Positions 47,820 through 62,378 of a stretch of 64,000 bases of DNA are shown one piece after another. A model generated the notes under the pieces. The model did not search any database. It was not told the origin of the DNA and worked only from the letters and a program-made list of their open reading frames with translations. This stretch comes from Azolla caroliniana (taxonomy: Eukaryota; Plantae; Polypodiophyta). The stretch spans positions 32,550,001 to 32,614,000 of the forward strand of contig JBHGNT010000001.1 in NCBI GenBank assembly GCA_043228905.1, read 5' to 3'. The stretch's first letter is position 1. Every line of letters starts with the position of its first letter. The translations under genes and the position numbers were made by a program.

Positions 47820-50800
47820 GGATGATGGTAACAGTGAGGGGTTTTCTATTCATTTTGAGGGTATAAGTAGGATATGAGAGCCCAAGAGCCATAGCAGGAG
47901 CCCAAGTGTGAAAGAAGCCATGCTTCTTATACCCATTCCTTCCTTCCTTCTTTCCATACATTTTGTTGCGAATGAACCCACCAACCAATTATCGCTCCCC
48001 GATTGATTCACGGGTTTATGTTCGCCGCGTAATACATTCTCTTGCAAAACGAAACTTTGTATCTACTTTTAGGGTACTAGGCTCGAGCCTCTGACCAAAT
48101 TGGGATTTTTATTGGTTCGGTTGTAAAACCTCGTGATTTCTCGCTTGAAGATTATGGGTTCCGAGTCCCGAGCAATGCATTGCCATGACTAAAAATGAAA
48201 TGCTCCATATTTGGTTGTCTTCGATCGCTAGCACTAATGGTTGGTTCCTCGACGTTTTTGGCCTTTATATAATAGTACATGTATACTAAAGTTCAATCCC
48301 AAAGCATTGTGTTCATACATCATTCATTATAAGACATCTATGGGGCAATATGGTCCTACAAAATTGGTTGATGATTGATTCGTGATCATAGTTTGCTAAG
48401 TTTTAAATCACGACGCATTGAATTGATGGTGCTTTACCACCCTCTCAACAATGTCGATTTACTAGACAACCTTTCTTTGTTTAAACAATCAAACTAAATG
48501 TTTCACATACTATTATCATTGTGTTTGAGCAACATCAAATTTGTTGGGTTAAACCTCATACATTTCAAGACGAAAAATAATGTATTTTCTTATGTCTTTC
48601 GGAATTACTGATTTTTCTCAAGTATATCTATTCGTGATGTTCTCATTAAGTCGTGTTCATTCAAAAAAATGCCTCATCTTTTATTGTTTATCATTCGTGC
48701 AAATAGGTTGCCCCTAAACATACGGCTTTGCAAATCACTTTCCACAACCCAATGTTGGTGTCGTTGTGAAATGCCATCGCCTTTTATACTTATTGTTTGC
48801 ACTAATTGGTTGCTCCTAAAAATTTGGCTTTTGCCTTAAAAAAGTAATTTGGTTGCGGTCACAAGTTGAATGAATGGTTAAAAATAGACTCTACATATTG
48901 AAAAACAAGGTTTCGAAATAGTAGATGTGCAAATTTTCCCACACGACAATTAATGGTAGTTGGCTAATCACCGTCGCTTAGTGATGGATGGGAGTTTTGG
49001 TTCCGAGAGAAAGGAAAATGAGATGGAACATAATATTAAATTTATATTTGTTCTATATGAGCAATGGTTGCTTAGCCATTTGCATCAACAACTAGACCAA
49101 ATTAGGACGTCAAGAAAGCCACATGTAATGCTTAATGTTGAACATTTAACCTTTGGCTTATTATGTTGGAAAGCTACGAGTCGGTAAGAAAATTTACCAA
49201 TGCATTATAAATTGGACCTTCAACAAAATGACATTGATTGTTTTAAAAAAAAAGGTCACATCACGTATTTTGATTTTGCACGCTACGAATGCTGACAAAT
49301 CAAAAAAGAGTTGTTGTATATTGATAGAACAATATACGATGTGCATCACATGATGTTTCAAGTTACTTTAGATATAAGTTGTAGATAAAATCATTTATCA
49401 TACAATGGCTAGCTTTATATGTATTTTACTGTTGACGACGAAAAATATTGCTTTGAAAAGGGATAAAGACTACTAAACACAACCATCATGTTTTTTTTTC
49501 CCTTGGACAACAAGAACTTTGAATGATGTCACACATGGTTTAGAAGTACTTAAATATTTTAATCACATGAACGAAATCAATTACACCTATGTTTGGGATT
49601 GTATGAGATAAGGATTCCATTGAAACATGACCATGAGCCAATTGAAAGTCACATTAGCATTTCCTTGATCACCTAAGGTTTTCCCTTCTATTGTGTGGGT
49701 ATAGTGTACGTCTCATGTGTTTCCTAAGAATCTTGAAGTAATGAATCGAACATTGAACCATAACATATAATTTTGACAGCAAGAAAATGACCCATTAGAG
49801 TGTAGGCACATTGTTTGGATTATATTCAAAACCTCGATGTCTTTTTATGAAAAAAACGACGGCATAGATTCTTGATAATATAGTTGATACATGCATAAAC
49901 ATATCAACCTAAACCTGAGAAATATTTAAAAAGCGTATTAAAAGCTAGTTGGACACATTGTGGTTATAGGTTAATGTTATGTTTAGATTTCCTTTTGTAA
50001 GGATATCATGCACCCAATGAGAACTTTGGATACATTCAGATGGATCGCACCTCAGAATAGCTTGGCATATGAATATGTTCAACATAAAACCATCAAAATG
50101 ATTACTTGGATACTGTTGAGTTCAAATCATATGTGACACTTATGCTCTGTTGCAATATGCCAAAAATTTGTTTGGGTCATGTCACTCGCTGTCATGCAAT
50201 CAACATCACACCTTTACAAACATACTTTAGCATCAAGTTGGAGACTATCCTAAAGATGTTGGGTCATTTGTCATCTCACATGCACCTCACCCCCTTTGGA
50301 TACATATACCAACACCCATCGTGAGCCTAGCCTATGTATCTTTTACTCAAAGCCACAACATATACATTTATGTAATTGTGGAACCTAGTTTATGTGTTGG
50401 CATTGAACTCCCAACCCATAGCAACCCTAAAAATTGAGCTCCAATATGCATAACCGTATGGTGGGCTCCAATGGGCATCAGAGACGTGTCTCAACTAGTT
50501 AGCTTGCTTTACGTATCTAACATGTAAGCGAATATCTATTTAAGCCCATATTCTTTGCACATCTCTCTTGTTTGATGGTACGGTACAAACAAATATCTGC
50601 ATGTGTGAATACTTTTGTGTGCAAAAATCAGGTAGGTGATTGATGAGAGCCTCTCACTGAAGAGCTAGAGACCCAATAAGAAGCCAAGAATGGGCCAACA
50701 TAGGGAAATAGGAGTGCAATGGGGCAGGGACGAAAGCTTGTTGCGGCCACAAGTGGGTAACATCACTAGATCACTACAATCTAATGCAAGAGAGAGGGAG

Positions 50801-51050
50801 AGAGAGAAAGAAAGAAATATTAACGTCTTCTAAGACCAAAATTGGCCCATGAGACAATTGGTTTACAACAAAAATGGGCTATTTACCCAATTCATCGAGA
50901 GAGAGAGAGAGAGTGTGTGTGTGTGTGTGCACGCACGCGTGTGTCACATGCATATGTATGCATGTACGTACGTAGGGAATGTATGTATTGGTATGTGCTC
51001 ATGTGTGTGTTGGGGGCGAGAAAGAACCAATAGTGAGCGAGGTGTGGGAG

Positions 51051-51065
51051 ACATACATACATACA

Positions 51066-51096
<31 letters not shown>

Positions 51097-51600
51097 CCAT
51101 TCATGCATCATGTGGACATGGCCCTCGTCTCCCTAGTTCACCCCATCCACGAAAAGTCCAAGTGTCTAGGGGATGTGCGCGAGCATGGATGGCCAAGTCT
51201 TTTCTTCTATCTCTCTTTGATACATACATACATTACATACATATATACATACACACATACATACATACATACATACATACATACATACATTGTAAATGCA
51301 TATGTGTATGTGTATGTGTATGTGTATGTATACATATGTATAAGTATGTGCGGGTGTGTTCAATGTGGGCACATATTTTTAGTATTTTTAGTATGTACAT
51401 AGTTGGTTGTTGGTAATAAGTATATGTATGGTATGGTATGTGTAGTATGGTATGGTATGGTATGGTATATATAGTATAGTATGTATGTATGTATGTATGT
51501 ATGTATGTATGTATGGTATGGTATGTGTAGTATGGTATGGTATGGTATGGTATATATAGTATAGTATGTATGTATGTATGTATGTATGTATGTATGTATG
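51051..51600. repeat. Compound (ACAT)n / (GTAT)n / (GGTAT)n microsatellite field with a higher-order duplication
   Basis: (ACAT)n lies at 51051-51092 and 51221-51289, and the complementary (GTAT)n/(GTATG)n at 51300-51600. A ~86-bp compound block is duplicated at 51422-51600. Confidence 0.9.
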
Positions 51601-51983
51601 TCATTCCGCCCGAGCACGATCCGAGCACGATGATGGCGATGGCGGTTTCTGTCTGACAGAATCTTTTTGCTTCGACTCTAAATTAAAGGAAAGCCCAAAA
51701 AATAAAAGGAAGCGAAGAAAGAAAGAAAGAGAGGAAGGAAGAAAAGAAAAACTAATTCGTTTTTATCGCAGATTTAGTAGTAGGCTTGGCTATACATACA
51801 TACATATGTATATGATTTCTTGTTATAAACAAAAAAAACTCCGTGTTTTTCCTCCCTCCCTCCTAACTATATTTCCTTTCTGCGTTTTTCTTTTTTGTTC
51901 TTTATCAGAAAGATTAGCTTCTCCTTCTTGTTTCTTTTCCTGTCTTTCCTTATTTCCTTGGGATCTATTGATCAACGCCAGAT

Positions 51984-53959
51984 ATGGATGAATGCACTAC
52001 TCTTGGCGACCTGCATATGGGAGAGATCAGAGAAGGCGATGGAGTTATTAGCAGCGACGTGAGCTGTGAGGATTTGAGCTTCTGTGAAGTGGGTTTTCAG
52101 AAAAGAGATGATTTGGTTGATAAAAGTGATGGAGTAGTTGTGGAATATATGGACGGTTGGGCGAGCCCTAGAATCTCTTTTTCACAGGATTTTGTGGTGA
52201 ATAATGTTAGCCCTATTATAAGGGTTTCCCCAGAGAAGAGGAAATGGGATCACGATCAAGATGAATGTGAATTTGAATTTGCGATAAGAAATAATGCTAG
52301 TACGTGTATGATTAACAACGATGATGATGATGATAATGGTGGTGGCCACTCTAGACTCGATGACAAAGGCTTGGGTCTTTATATGCTATCTGCAGATGAA
52401 CTCTTCTTTGATGGTAAGCTCTTGCCTCTCCACATAAATTCTAAAGCATATGATCCCCATGATCTAGTTAATGTGCATACTAAGTATAACGATGGTGATG
52501 ATAATCATCATCGTCATCAGCAACAACGACAACAACAACAAATCTGTGAAGATGATGATATGGTTACCCCGAGCAGAAAACCTCAGAATGGTACTAGTAA
52601 TCCGAGGCACATTAATATGGTTAGGCATCTTAGTTTCGATTATTCAGAATCACGCCATACCACATCTCGTGATGATGAATCTTCACATCAATATGCCATG
52701 GCGACATCACAGTCATCCATGATGATGCTGTCATCATTGACCCTGTCATCACCATCTCCATCTCCATCTCCATCAATGTCATCATCATTGCCACCGGCAA
52801 CGATGATGATGACCCCTCAGACATCATCATCATCATCATCATCATCACATCAGTCGCTAGCATCCACATATTCGGCGAGATTTAAGACATTGTTCAAGTC
52901 TTCCAACAAGAGTACAGATCAGGCTAGTCCTCCATCTAATACTACAACGAGGGATGACAATGGACAAAATGCAAATTTGGGCCGGAAGATGATCCCGATA
53001 TACATGTCTCCAAGGTCATTCTGGCCCTTCTCGAGAAGCAATTCGGCCGGAGAGAAGAAGAGTACAGTAACCCCACCTTGCCTCAGGTACCGGAGCAACT
53101 CAGCTGGAGAGACTAGCTCATGTAAAGCTATTATATCTGGTAGATCTCACAGACCTATGGTTGATAACTCACCAAATCTACTAAACACTGATTCGAAGAC
53201 CGTTGATGATGCTCTTGATAGTAGAGGTATGCATACATGCTATATATGTATATCTCTTGTCAATATATATATCTATATATATATATATTTTTTCATGCAT
53301 CAATGGTTTTATGATAATGTAATTCCATGTCCATATCTACACCATTGTTTTTATTTATTTGCGTGTTGTTTATTATATTCTTGAACAACAAACACTCATT
53401 TCTTTTCCCTAATGATGCAGCTCAAGTTGAGAAAGAGTGTACAAAGAAACCAAGTAAAACAGCTATAAGCGAACCAGAAAGCTCGTCGAGACACAATGAA
53501 GAAGAAGAAGAAGAAAAAGAAGAAGAAGAAGAAGAACCTCCTTGTCATAGTAACATAAAATATCATCATACGAAAGGAGATGGTGATGGTAGTAGTATCG
53601 GTTCGTTTGAGAACATAAATATTGCGAGTGGGACTGCGAAAGTGCGAAGGTTAGGGAATTCTATGAAGGCTTCCACAAAGAGAAGTGTGAGTGTATATAG
53701 TGCCAATCCTCCAAGCAAGATAGTGTTGAAGAACTTGGAGAGATGTAGTGCTGAGAAGAAGGTGGGATGGAAACAATTGAACCGGAGGGGGTCTTTCCCG
53801 GTGGCCACGAGGGTTTCTCCGGTTCTTAATGTGGCAATATATCGAGGTGGAAAGTATCCGGCAAACAACCCCAACGGCTTCTTCGGCAGCTTGTTTAACA
53901 ACCCGAAGAAGGAATTGAAGCCCAAAGAAGGTGCCTTGAATTGGAGAAAGGGTGCTTGA
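51984..53959 (+). CDS. Plant-specific low-complexity protein with SPRISFS / FEF / SADELFFDGKLLPL / RVSPVLNV motifs (MAKR-like uncharacterised family), 2 exons, ~593 aa
   Basis: Exons 51984-53226 (G|GTATGC) and 53421-53959 (TGCAG|CT) join in phase 1. Short conserved motifs, including the duplicated RSNSAGE, are embedded in S/D/Q/E homopolymers. Confidence 0.8.
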
Positions 53960-56237
53960 TTTTTCTCGGGAGAATCGACCCCCCCAAAACCCCCTACTGC
54001 GGTTATTCCTGGTAATTCTTGAAACCTTTTGGAGTTTATTCTCATGTGGACCAATTTGTCCGAAAAATGTTAGGTGGGTATTTTGGTGAATCCAACCCCC
54101 CCTATGACCTATGTTGTGTTGATTGTGTATAAAATGTAACAAGAAGCTTATAAGAGATCCCATGTTTTTTTTGCCAACAAAGCAAAAAAGCTGGACACCA
54201 TGGCACGCATTTTTTGTCCAAATAATCTATAATGCATCTATGTGCCTCTGCTACCAATGTTTTAGACAAGGGAGATCTTATTCGTGACAAATTCCACGAA
54301 GTAATCGTGATACCAAGCATATTTTGGGTTATGTGAAAATGCTTTTCTGGATTCTATTTTCTTGCGGGAAATTTGAGTTTGCTTGCATTCAAAGCTAGCA
54401 TTTTGGGGTTATCAACTTAATGTCACCTCAATGTGTTGGCTACTACCTTGGGAAGCCAATCGATATTCAACTTCTCTGATCTTGAAGAGATTTAGAGTGT
54501 CCCTACTCAAAACTTATGGTAGGTTTTGATCTTGACTAAAGCTATGTTCATTAAAGTTCAACCTCTTCATGTTAGAGTCAAGCACGACGACCTAGAGTCA
54601 AGCATATTTAGGGCACAACCATATTTTGCACTCTCAATTGCTATTCTCATTAATAAAATTCTCGAACATTGACAATTGCTACTCACTTTCGTTCACATGC
54701 ATTCTCTGAAAATTGCACATTTTTTGTCTCATAGGTCATATTTGACCTGCAAACACAATAATAAAGTGTATGTACCTATTGACCGACCACTCAAATCTCT
54801 AAAATCACTAGGGGTTAAAATTATGAAAACTTCTTAGCACCCTTTTTCTAGCCCAAGGACTTTCTGAGGCCTTGGCGTACATCGATGATTGACCTTTAAA
54901 AAAAATGTCAAAAATGTTTCTGGTGAAATTGGTCATGTTAGCTAGATGCATTTATTCATTGAAATCCTAAATTTATACCTTTTTCTTTATCCAGTGGTTA
55001 ATATATACATATCCTATCAATATTAGGCGTGTTCAAAGATTAAAGTTATTTGGGAATTTCGAGTAGGATATTTAAGTTCCTTCGAAACAAAAGGCTATGA
55101 ACAAGAGGAGAACACATACTAAACTAAGAACAAAGAAATAATATTAAAGATGTGATATGTGCAATGCAAACGTCGTCACTCTAAAAAGCAATTAGTGTAA
55201 GGTTAGACTTGTAATATTGATTCAAAATGCTAGCAAAAGAGGAAAATAGTTTATCAAACATATTTATTTATTTATTTATCCAAAAAAAGTTTATCAAACA
55301 TTGGTCCACATGAAAATTTAGCAATAATGATAACGTATGTAACAACATTTAGTGAGACTTGTAGTATCCTTCATGAGACTATGGCTTTCCTCGAATCATT
55401 GTGTACATTGACATTCTTTTGGGGAGTTTTTACCTCATATTGTCGTTTCCTACTTGTAATATCCTACTAAGAAGGACAATGTAATATCACTTCTTTCATA
55501 GGACAAGGTACCCCGTGTCGGTAGCAAGGGATATTGCATTGTTTTTTTAACAAAACACATCAAAGTGCTCTTGTCTCATATTGCCATGGCATCAGAAGTT
55601 TGGACACTCCGCAAGCATCTATTACCTCACAAGACCCCCATTCATGTCCGACACGGTTTACTTGTTTTATCTACACTTGATCTCACCATTTGTAGCTTTG
55701 TAGTACATCCAGAAGAAATACCCTTTTTGGGGAAAAGAGAAGTAGGACAATGCTTTGTTTTGCTTGTCTTGTATAAACAAAAAATGTAAAATGGCAACGA
55801 GACAAGTTTTATTTCTTGTGTACCTTACTAAAGGGGAATGATGTCATAATTCAATGTTTTGCTTATGTAGTGAGGATGGAGGGCTTACAAAAATAATTGA
55901 TTTACTTAGTTTAAGTGTAAAAATTAGATTCGCTAATTCTAAATATATTTCATGCAACATCAAGATTAAGCAAATCTCTCTTATGTTGGTGATTTTAGTA
56001 AAGCAATTATTTTATGATTGCACTCACCATGACATCTTAGTAAGTAGTTGGTGTGATATCTTAGTAAGGAGTTGGTGTGAATGAAGACCAGGTCAATCGT
56101 CTTAAAGTTTAATCGTAAGGAGAAGAGTGGGCTTAGTTGATAAAGGGATGGATAAATCTTTTATACCCATTTAAAATTTGGTAGGCCTAGACTATTCAAG
56201 ACAAATTTTTAATTCCCCCTAATATGAATTCTACCCA

Positions 56238-56510
56238 ATGTGATCATTTTCCTTGGAAACTGCACATCAAATTCTCGTACATTTGCACATGTATATAGGA
56301 ACCTATGATGTTTCAACTTGTTTGTGTTGTTGGTTCTTGATTTGGTACTTCTTGCCAAGGATTGCTACTTCTCATCTCGATGAAGTAATATATATACCCA
56401 ATGCGATCATTTTTTGTTGGAAATTGCACATCAATTTATGATACAATTGCACATGTATATAGAAACCTATGATGTTTCAACTTGTTTGCATTGTTGGTTC
56501 TTGTCTTGGT
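56238..56510 (+). repeat. Degenerate tandem duplication (~162-bp period)
   Basis: ATG(T/C)GATCATTTT..TTGGAAA(C/T)TGCACATCAA..TTGCACATGTATATAG(G/A)AACCTATGATGTTTCAACTTGTTTG..TTGTTGGTTCTTG occurs twice. Confidence 0.8.
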
Positions 56511-58071
56511 AATTACAATTCTAGGAAACAAAAGTTAAGGTTGATATTTAGATGCATGTTAAGTTTTTTTTATCCAAGTTTTGTTATGATTTCATTTCCA
56601 TTGAATTTATGTACTGCGAAGAGAATGTTTTTGGAGAGTGAGATAGTCAAGTTCACAAAGTTGTGTTAGATGGTGAATCATAGCTTTCTTCATTATGACT
56701 TGATGATTACAAGATTCGGCATTAAACATGGCACTTTTATAAATAAGACTGAAATAGAAATAAGTCAAAAAGATAGAAAGTAGTATGGTCTAGATGGTAT
56801 GGGCGTAGCATGTCAAATTAAGACTAAATGTTAACTGCAACTCGGGCCAAAACAACCATCTATTCCTTTTGGTCATACATTCTCAAAGGCTGAAAAAAGA
56901 ACCCCTATTAGAGAAAACATCATGTGCACATTGTTTTTTCTTTTACTGTTTGACAAATGGATAAAAGGGGAAGCTTGAGAGGAGAAATTGTAAACATAAA
57001 TTATAAAATAAGTGATGGGAAAGTAGCGATCAAAATAATGAAGAACTTGAAGACATCAAGTGCTAGAGCACAAATTCACTATATTGTCATTAATATTCTA
57101 AATTCAAACATATTAACATGATAGTGAGGTGTAAAGTTTCTTCTCTGCAATATGTATTGAGGTTGGGGTATTATTGAGCAAATGGATTAGAGCTTTCGTT
57201 CTTTAGTACAACTTCTTCAAACTCTTTGTAACGCACTCCTACAGTTGTGCCCATGGTCATGTGGTTTTGTAACTTTTGGATTTGTCCTTTGAAAATGATA
57301 GTATCATTCCTTAAAAGGCAATGCCAACATTACACTACATTCTATACCACAATATGAAACACCTAGCTTTTAGTACATTATATAAAGAGTTTTAGATCAC
57401 CTCACAAATTATTGCTTGTAGATTCACGATGAGCTATATACGAAAATGAGGGGGTAAAGGTTGTGCTTAGTAACTTAACATTGCGCATTGAAGTGACAAG
57501 CATATTATGAGAAATCGTTATCATTTTAGCTTAAGATCACAAACACTAAAAACATATTGCAATTTGCGACTATTTGTACGAAGAGTGAAGAGAATAACAC
57601 TACACTTTAAAGGGCATTAAAAGGGCGGATAAGAAAGAGTATATAGTAAGGGTAATAAATTCTAATCAATCCATATCATTGAATTCAAGAAGCAAAGCAA
57701 AAGTCGGTGCCAACAAGTGCCAATCTCAAATGTAAACATTTACACTAGATTAAACCGCTTGAATAAACAATTCTCCTCCTGCTCTAAATTGAAGGGGATC
57801 AATTGTTGAGGAATTTCAAGTCCTCGAGGATTCATGCCTTCCCTTAGAGAGTTTTGTATTCTTTTGGAGAATCCATTACACTTATGAAATATGGAGTATC
57901 TTATTTTGGTTTGTGAATGTTTAGTAAGTACATATACTTCCCGTTAATTTCCCAACATGGTGAAGATTGAAGCATTGGAATGCATCAAATTCATGTTTGA
58001 AAGAAGTGTTCATAAATCATCAACCACAAGCTCCAAAGGAATTTCATGTTCCTTAATATGTGATACTATTT

Positions 58072-58075
<4 letters not shown>

Positions 58076-58155
<80 letters not shown>

Positions 58156-58160
58156 CCAAA

Positions 58161-58192
<32 letters not shown>

Positions 58193-58195
58193 GAG
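58076..58195 (+). repeat. Long (GA)n plus (GAAA)n microsatellite
   Basis: An uninterrupted GA tract of about 75 bp is followed by GAAA repeats, directly upstream of the L1. Confidence 0.95.
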
Positions 58196-58199
58196 ATAC

Positions 58200-60903
58200 T
58201 ATGTGTTCATTACTTTAAGGAGTTGATTGACCCACAATTGTTAATGACAAATGAGGTGAGTAGAGCACGTCATGAGTTTTATGATGTGGTTAGATGTGTT
58301 GTGCATGACCTCATTAGTCATGAATTGGATGCAGATTTCACTGAGGATGAGGGGGACACAGTTTTAAGGCATCTTCCTAGTGGTAAGAGCCCTGGTAGGG
58401 ATGGCTTGACAAATGAAGTTTTTAAGTGATGTTCGAACATTTTAAAGGGGCCCTTAACTTTGATGTTTCAACATTCTTGGGATTTTGGTTGTATGCCTCA
58501 AGCTTGGAAGGTTGGTCTAATTAAATTAGTTCCAAAGGTGGCATCTCCAGAGTCATTTCATCAATGGAGACCCATTTCTTTGATGGGGGGGTTGTATAAG
58601 ATATTTACAAAGGTCTTGGCAAATAGATTACAAAAGTATTTGCCAAAGTTGATACATCCCGCCCAATATGGTTTTATTGCAAGTAGGAATATATTGCATA
58701 ATGTGTTGAATATTCAAATAGCCATGGATTATGCTTGAAACACTCATCAAGAATTGATTATGGTGCAATTAGATTTGGAGAAAGCTTATGATCATGTGAA
58801 TTGGTCATTTGTTTCTGGGTTAATGCATACAATGGGCTTTGGACCTCGTATGTCTCGCCTCATATTTTTATTAGGACAAGATGCGGTGTCTCGAGTCATG
58901 CTTAATGGGGGAGTTACATCAAATATTGCCCTTACAAGATCCATTCGTCAAGGATGCCCTATTAGCCGTTGTTGTTTGCTATTGTTACTCATCCATTGTT
59001 AGTGATGCTATCAAGGCTTGCAACAAATGGTGATATTGTGGGTCTACACCTTCCGTCTAGAGGGCAACTAGTTGCACATGCTGGCAGATGATTCGTTCAT
59101 GTTTCTATAAGCCTCACGAGAGAATCTTGAGAAGGAGATGCTTGTATGGAACCAATTTGCATTGGCTTCCAGATTGCATATTATTTGGAGGAAGTCTAGT
59201 CTCACATCATGTACTAAAAGGGATTTGGAATGTTTAGGATGGCAAGGATCTGTGGTGAAGAAAGGCTCTATTTTTCGACACTTGGCTATCCATTAAGAAT
59301 GAATGTTACAAATGGTCAATTGATTGAAAGGATGTCTAGTAAGTTAAGGGATAAGTTTATGTATTGGAAATGACAATCTCGGCCATATCATGTATGTTTG
59401 AAGGTTGTACAATGTATTATGGAACCTATGATATTATATTACTTGCCATTGCTTCCATGGACAAAGAAAGCTTTGCATTCTATTTTGCAACCTCTTCGAT
59501 ATTTGTTGTGGAAGAAGAGGGATAAGATGGGAATCACTTGGGTTGCATGGAATCATCTAGCAACTCCTAAGCGCTTGGGGGAAGCTGGAATATTGAACTT
59601 ATCTAAGCATATGATGGCTTGTAGATTTTCATTATTACAAGACATGTGTTCAAACTCACAACCATGGATATCTATTGTTCAATATTTGATTGAGAATAAG
59701 GGTTTAACACATGGGAGGACAACAATTAAGGCTTCATGGTGGCAATTACTAAAAGGATGCATTTCACTTAAGATTCCAGGCTCTACATGTGTTCAACACT
59801 TGGTTACCTCATGGCAAGAAGCACTCTTGTTATGTGTATGGAAACCATCATCTAGTAGAGAGCATTGTAATTCTTTGCAAAAAGAGTTACTTGTGTCTTC
59901 TCGGTTATTATGTTGGCCAGGAAAGGAGAGATTGCACTCTCAATTTAATCGTTTGTTTCATTTGGGGGTCAAAGAGGTGGGAGATATAGTTGAGGCTCCA
60001 TCTCAAAGAATTTTGGAGTTTGTTGAAGCGCGACAATTATTACGCATTCCGCCTAATTATGGGTTTATCTGGCAACAACTACAAAATATTCCATTGATGC
60101 AAGGTTCCTTACCTCTACAAATAGGAGAACAACCTGGATTGATTGGTGTTTAAAGGGAAAAACATCGTTGTTACAAGTGACGACTAATCTTTTGTATCAT
60201 TGCTTTGTTGAGTCTCTTGGATGGTTATCATCTAAGGCTGAAGAAGAATGGAGATTACACAAATCTAATCATGGGTGGTGGCAAATCTTACAACGTAGTT
60301 GACATTCTAAATTGCTACTTGTAGCAAAGGTCTTCATTTGGAGAGTTTTGATTGGCGGATTGCCTTTGGGATTAGCTCTAAAGCGTTGTGGACTAGCAAC
60401 GGGTAATTGCTTTTTTTGCACTGTTCAAATGGAAGATAGTACTCATCGATTTATACAATGTTCGATTGCTTCTCAGATTTGGAGTTACATTTCTCAAATT
60501 TGGCAAGTTTTATCACGGTGTTATTTGACACCTAGACAGTGGGTGTTTGCACAATTTACACAGGTGGACCCAAAGTCAGAGATGGAGATCGTTTTTCTAT
60601 TTCTGAGATATTGGGGATTGTGTCATAATTGGAATATGCGCAACACTTTTGTATTCGATGGTAGACATGGAGTGAAAGCATATCTACGAAAGTTGAAGGG
60701 AGTACTAATGTGGCAATTTTCTTTATTGGAGCAAGTGGAAATCCTTTCCTCAATGAAGTGTTCGTCTTGCCTGTTAGCAATTCAACATGTTCCACTACCC
60801 ATGCAATGTAGTGTAGTTAGTGGGTGACCATACTTCATGGTCACACCCATTGTAAATAGTGTTTTTTACACACATTTATTAATATAATTGTGTGTTTTCA
60901 CCA
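58200..60903 (+). mobile_element. 5'-truncated, decayed L1 LINE (RT plus zf-RVT)
   Basis: KSPGRDG, WRPISLMGGLYKIFTKVLANRL, QYGF, LDLEKAYDHVNW, RQGCP, ADD, PKRLGEAG and the zinc finger CFFCTVQMEDSTHRFIQC are spread across stop- and frameshift-broken ORFs. The element ends in a (GA)n tract at 60904. Confidence 0.95.
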
Positions 60904-61393
60904 AGAGAGAGAGAGAGAGATAGAGAGAGTATTATTATGGTATATGTACATATTCCTCATGAAGCAAGTTATGAGACCCATGGAAACAATATAATTATGA
61001 GAGTATTATTTGTTGATGCAATGGGCAAAGCTCACATGTATCATGTTATTTTTATGAGATTGCTTAAACGTTTAAGCAATGGGCGTATGTAGGTGCTCTT
61101 TGTAAGACAAGGGTGATTGTTTTATGCTAGTGCATGATGTATGTAATGGTAGGAAGCATTCCTTGACAATATCACAGGCTTCACATGGATTCTTAGCTTC
61201 GAAGTTGGAGCAAAGATCTTTTTACAGTGACAACCCTTGCATGTTTATACAAGTTGGAAAACCTAAATGATTCCTTTTACACCACAAGCCAATTGGGCAT
61301 AAACTATTGCCACTTTATAAAGGCAATTTCTATACCATGATGTACAACATGCATACGCACGATCACAATTACATTCGTGCATATTGACACATA

Positions 61394-61398
<5 letters not shown>

Positions 61399-61468
<70 letters not shown>
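61399..61468 (+). repeat. (AC)n microsatellite
   Basis: Uninterrupted AC tract. Similar tracts lie at 63066-63103 and 63263-63307, and (GA)n at 63584-63627. Confidence 0.95.
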
Positions 61469-61469
<1 letters not shown>

Positions 61470-62378
61470 AAGTTGAGAAAAACACTAATATTTGTAGGCT
61501 CGACGCAGACACGTGTACTTGGTTCCATGCCTTTGTAGGGAAACTTTCCAAACATATATGGGTTCATCTTACAATAAATATGAATCAACTTCCCATTTGC
61601 CTCTTCCCAAAGACGCATTTAGTGGTTGACCAAAATTTCTCCCCAGAGACACACAAGTTCGAGAACATTCAAATACATATATACACATGCTCACGATGAT
61701 GTAGGTGAAAATCCCCACTAATTGTAGGCCTTAAACTTAATATCCAAGCCTATTTACTTCTTTCAAGAGACGAGACTCTCCAAATAGAATAGGTCTCAAT
61801 TTTGTCACATGACCTCTCATGCATGCTCTTACAATTGATTGCTCACTCATAATAAATAATAAACTCCAAGATGCCAAGATTTAGAATTGCCAATTGTAGT
61901 AATTTAGTAGGGTAATATCTATTGATTACAAGCACACTACCATCTCGACTTCTCTACGTGAAGGAAGATAAAATCAAAGTAGTTAAATTTTGGACAGTTA
62001 TGATTTTACAAATTTGACATTGTTTCAACATTCCTCATTGGCCCCATCACGAGTTCATATGCGAATTAGCTCGACATTATGAGAAGCTTAACAAATGCAA
62101 CTCGATCGTTAAGGTTGTGTAGCAAAGATTAACTAGTCATGTGTTCAATCCTTGCCTTCCAGATCTCATCGGCTATGGTAATGCAACTAATGAGAGTTGA
62201 ACCCCAAAGTCTAGGTTGGTAAAAATTATGGTTTAGTGTGAGCTCCACCCCAAGACAAAAGGTTTGATAAAAAGTGCGGCTTAGATTTGTGTGGTATAAT
62301 CTGCCAACAAAATAAATGAAAACGAGAATAATAGCATAGACATATAAAAATGTCGTTGTGGTTATTGTAAGGTTGTAT

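Noticed and set aside
50842-51991. Cluster of YIHT/MYVC-repeat ORFs
   Set aside because: These are translations of (ACAT)n/(GTAT)n microsatellites.
53566-54163. Minus-strand ORFs of 162 and 170 aa
   Set aside because: They are antisense to exon 2 of the MAKR-like gene and have no independent motifs.
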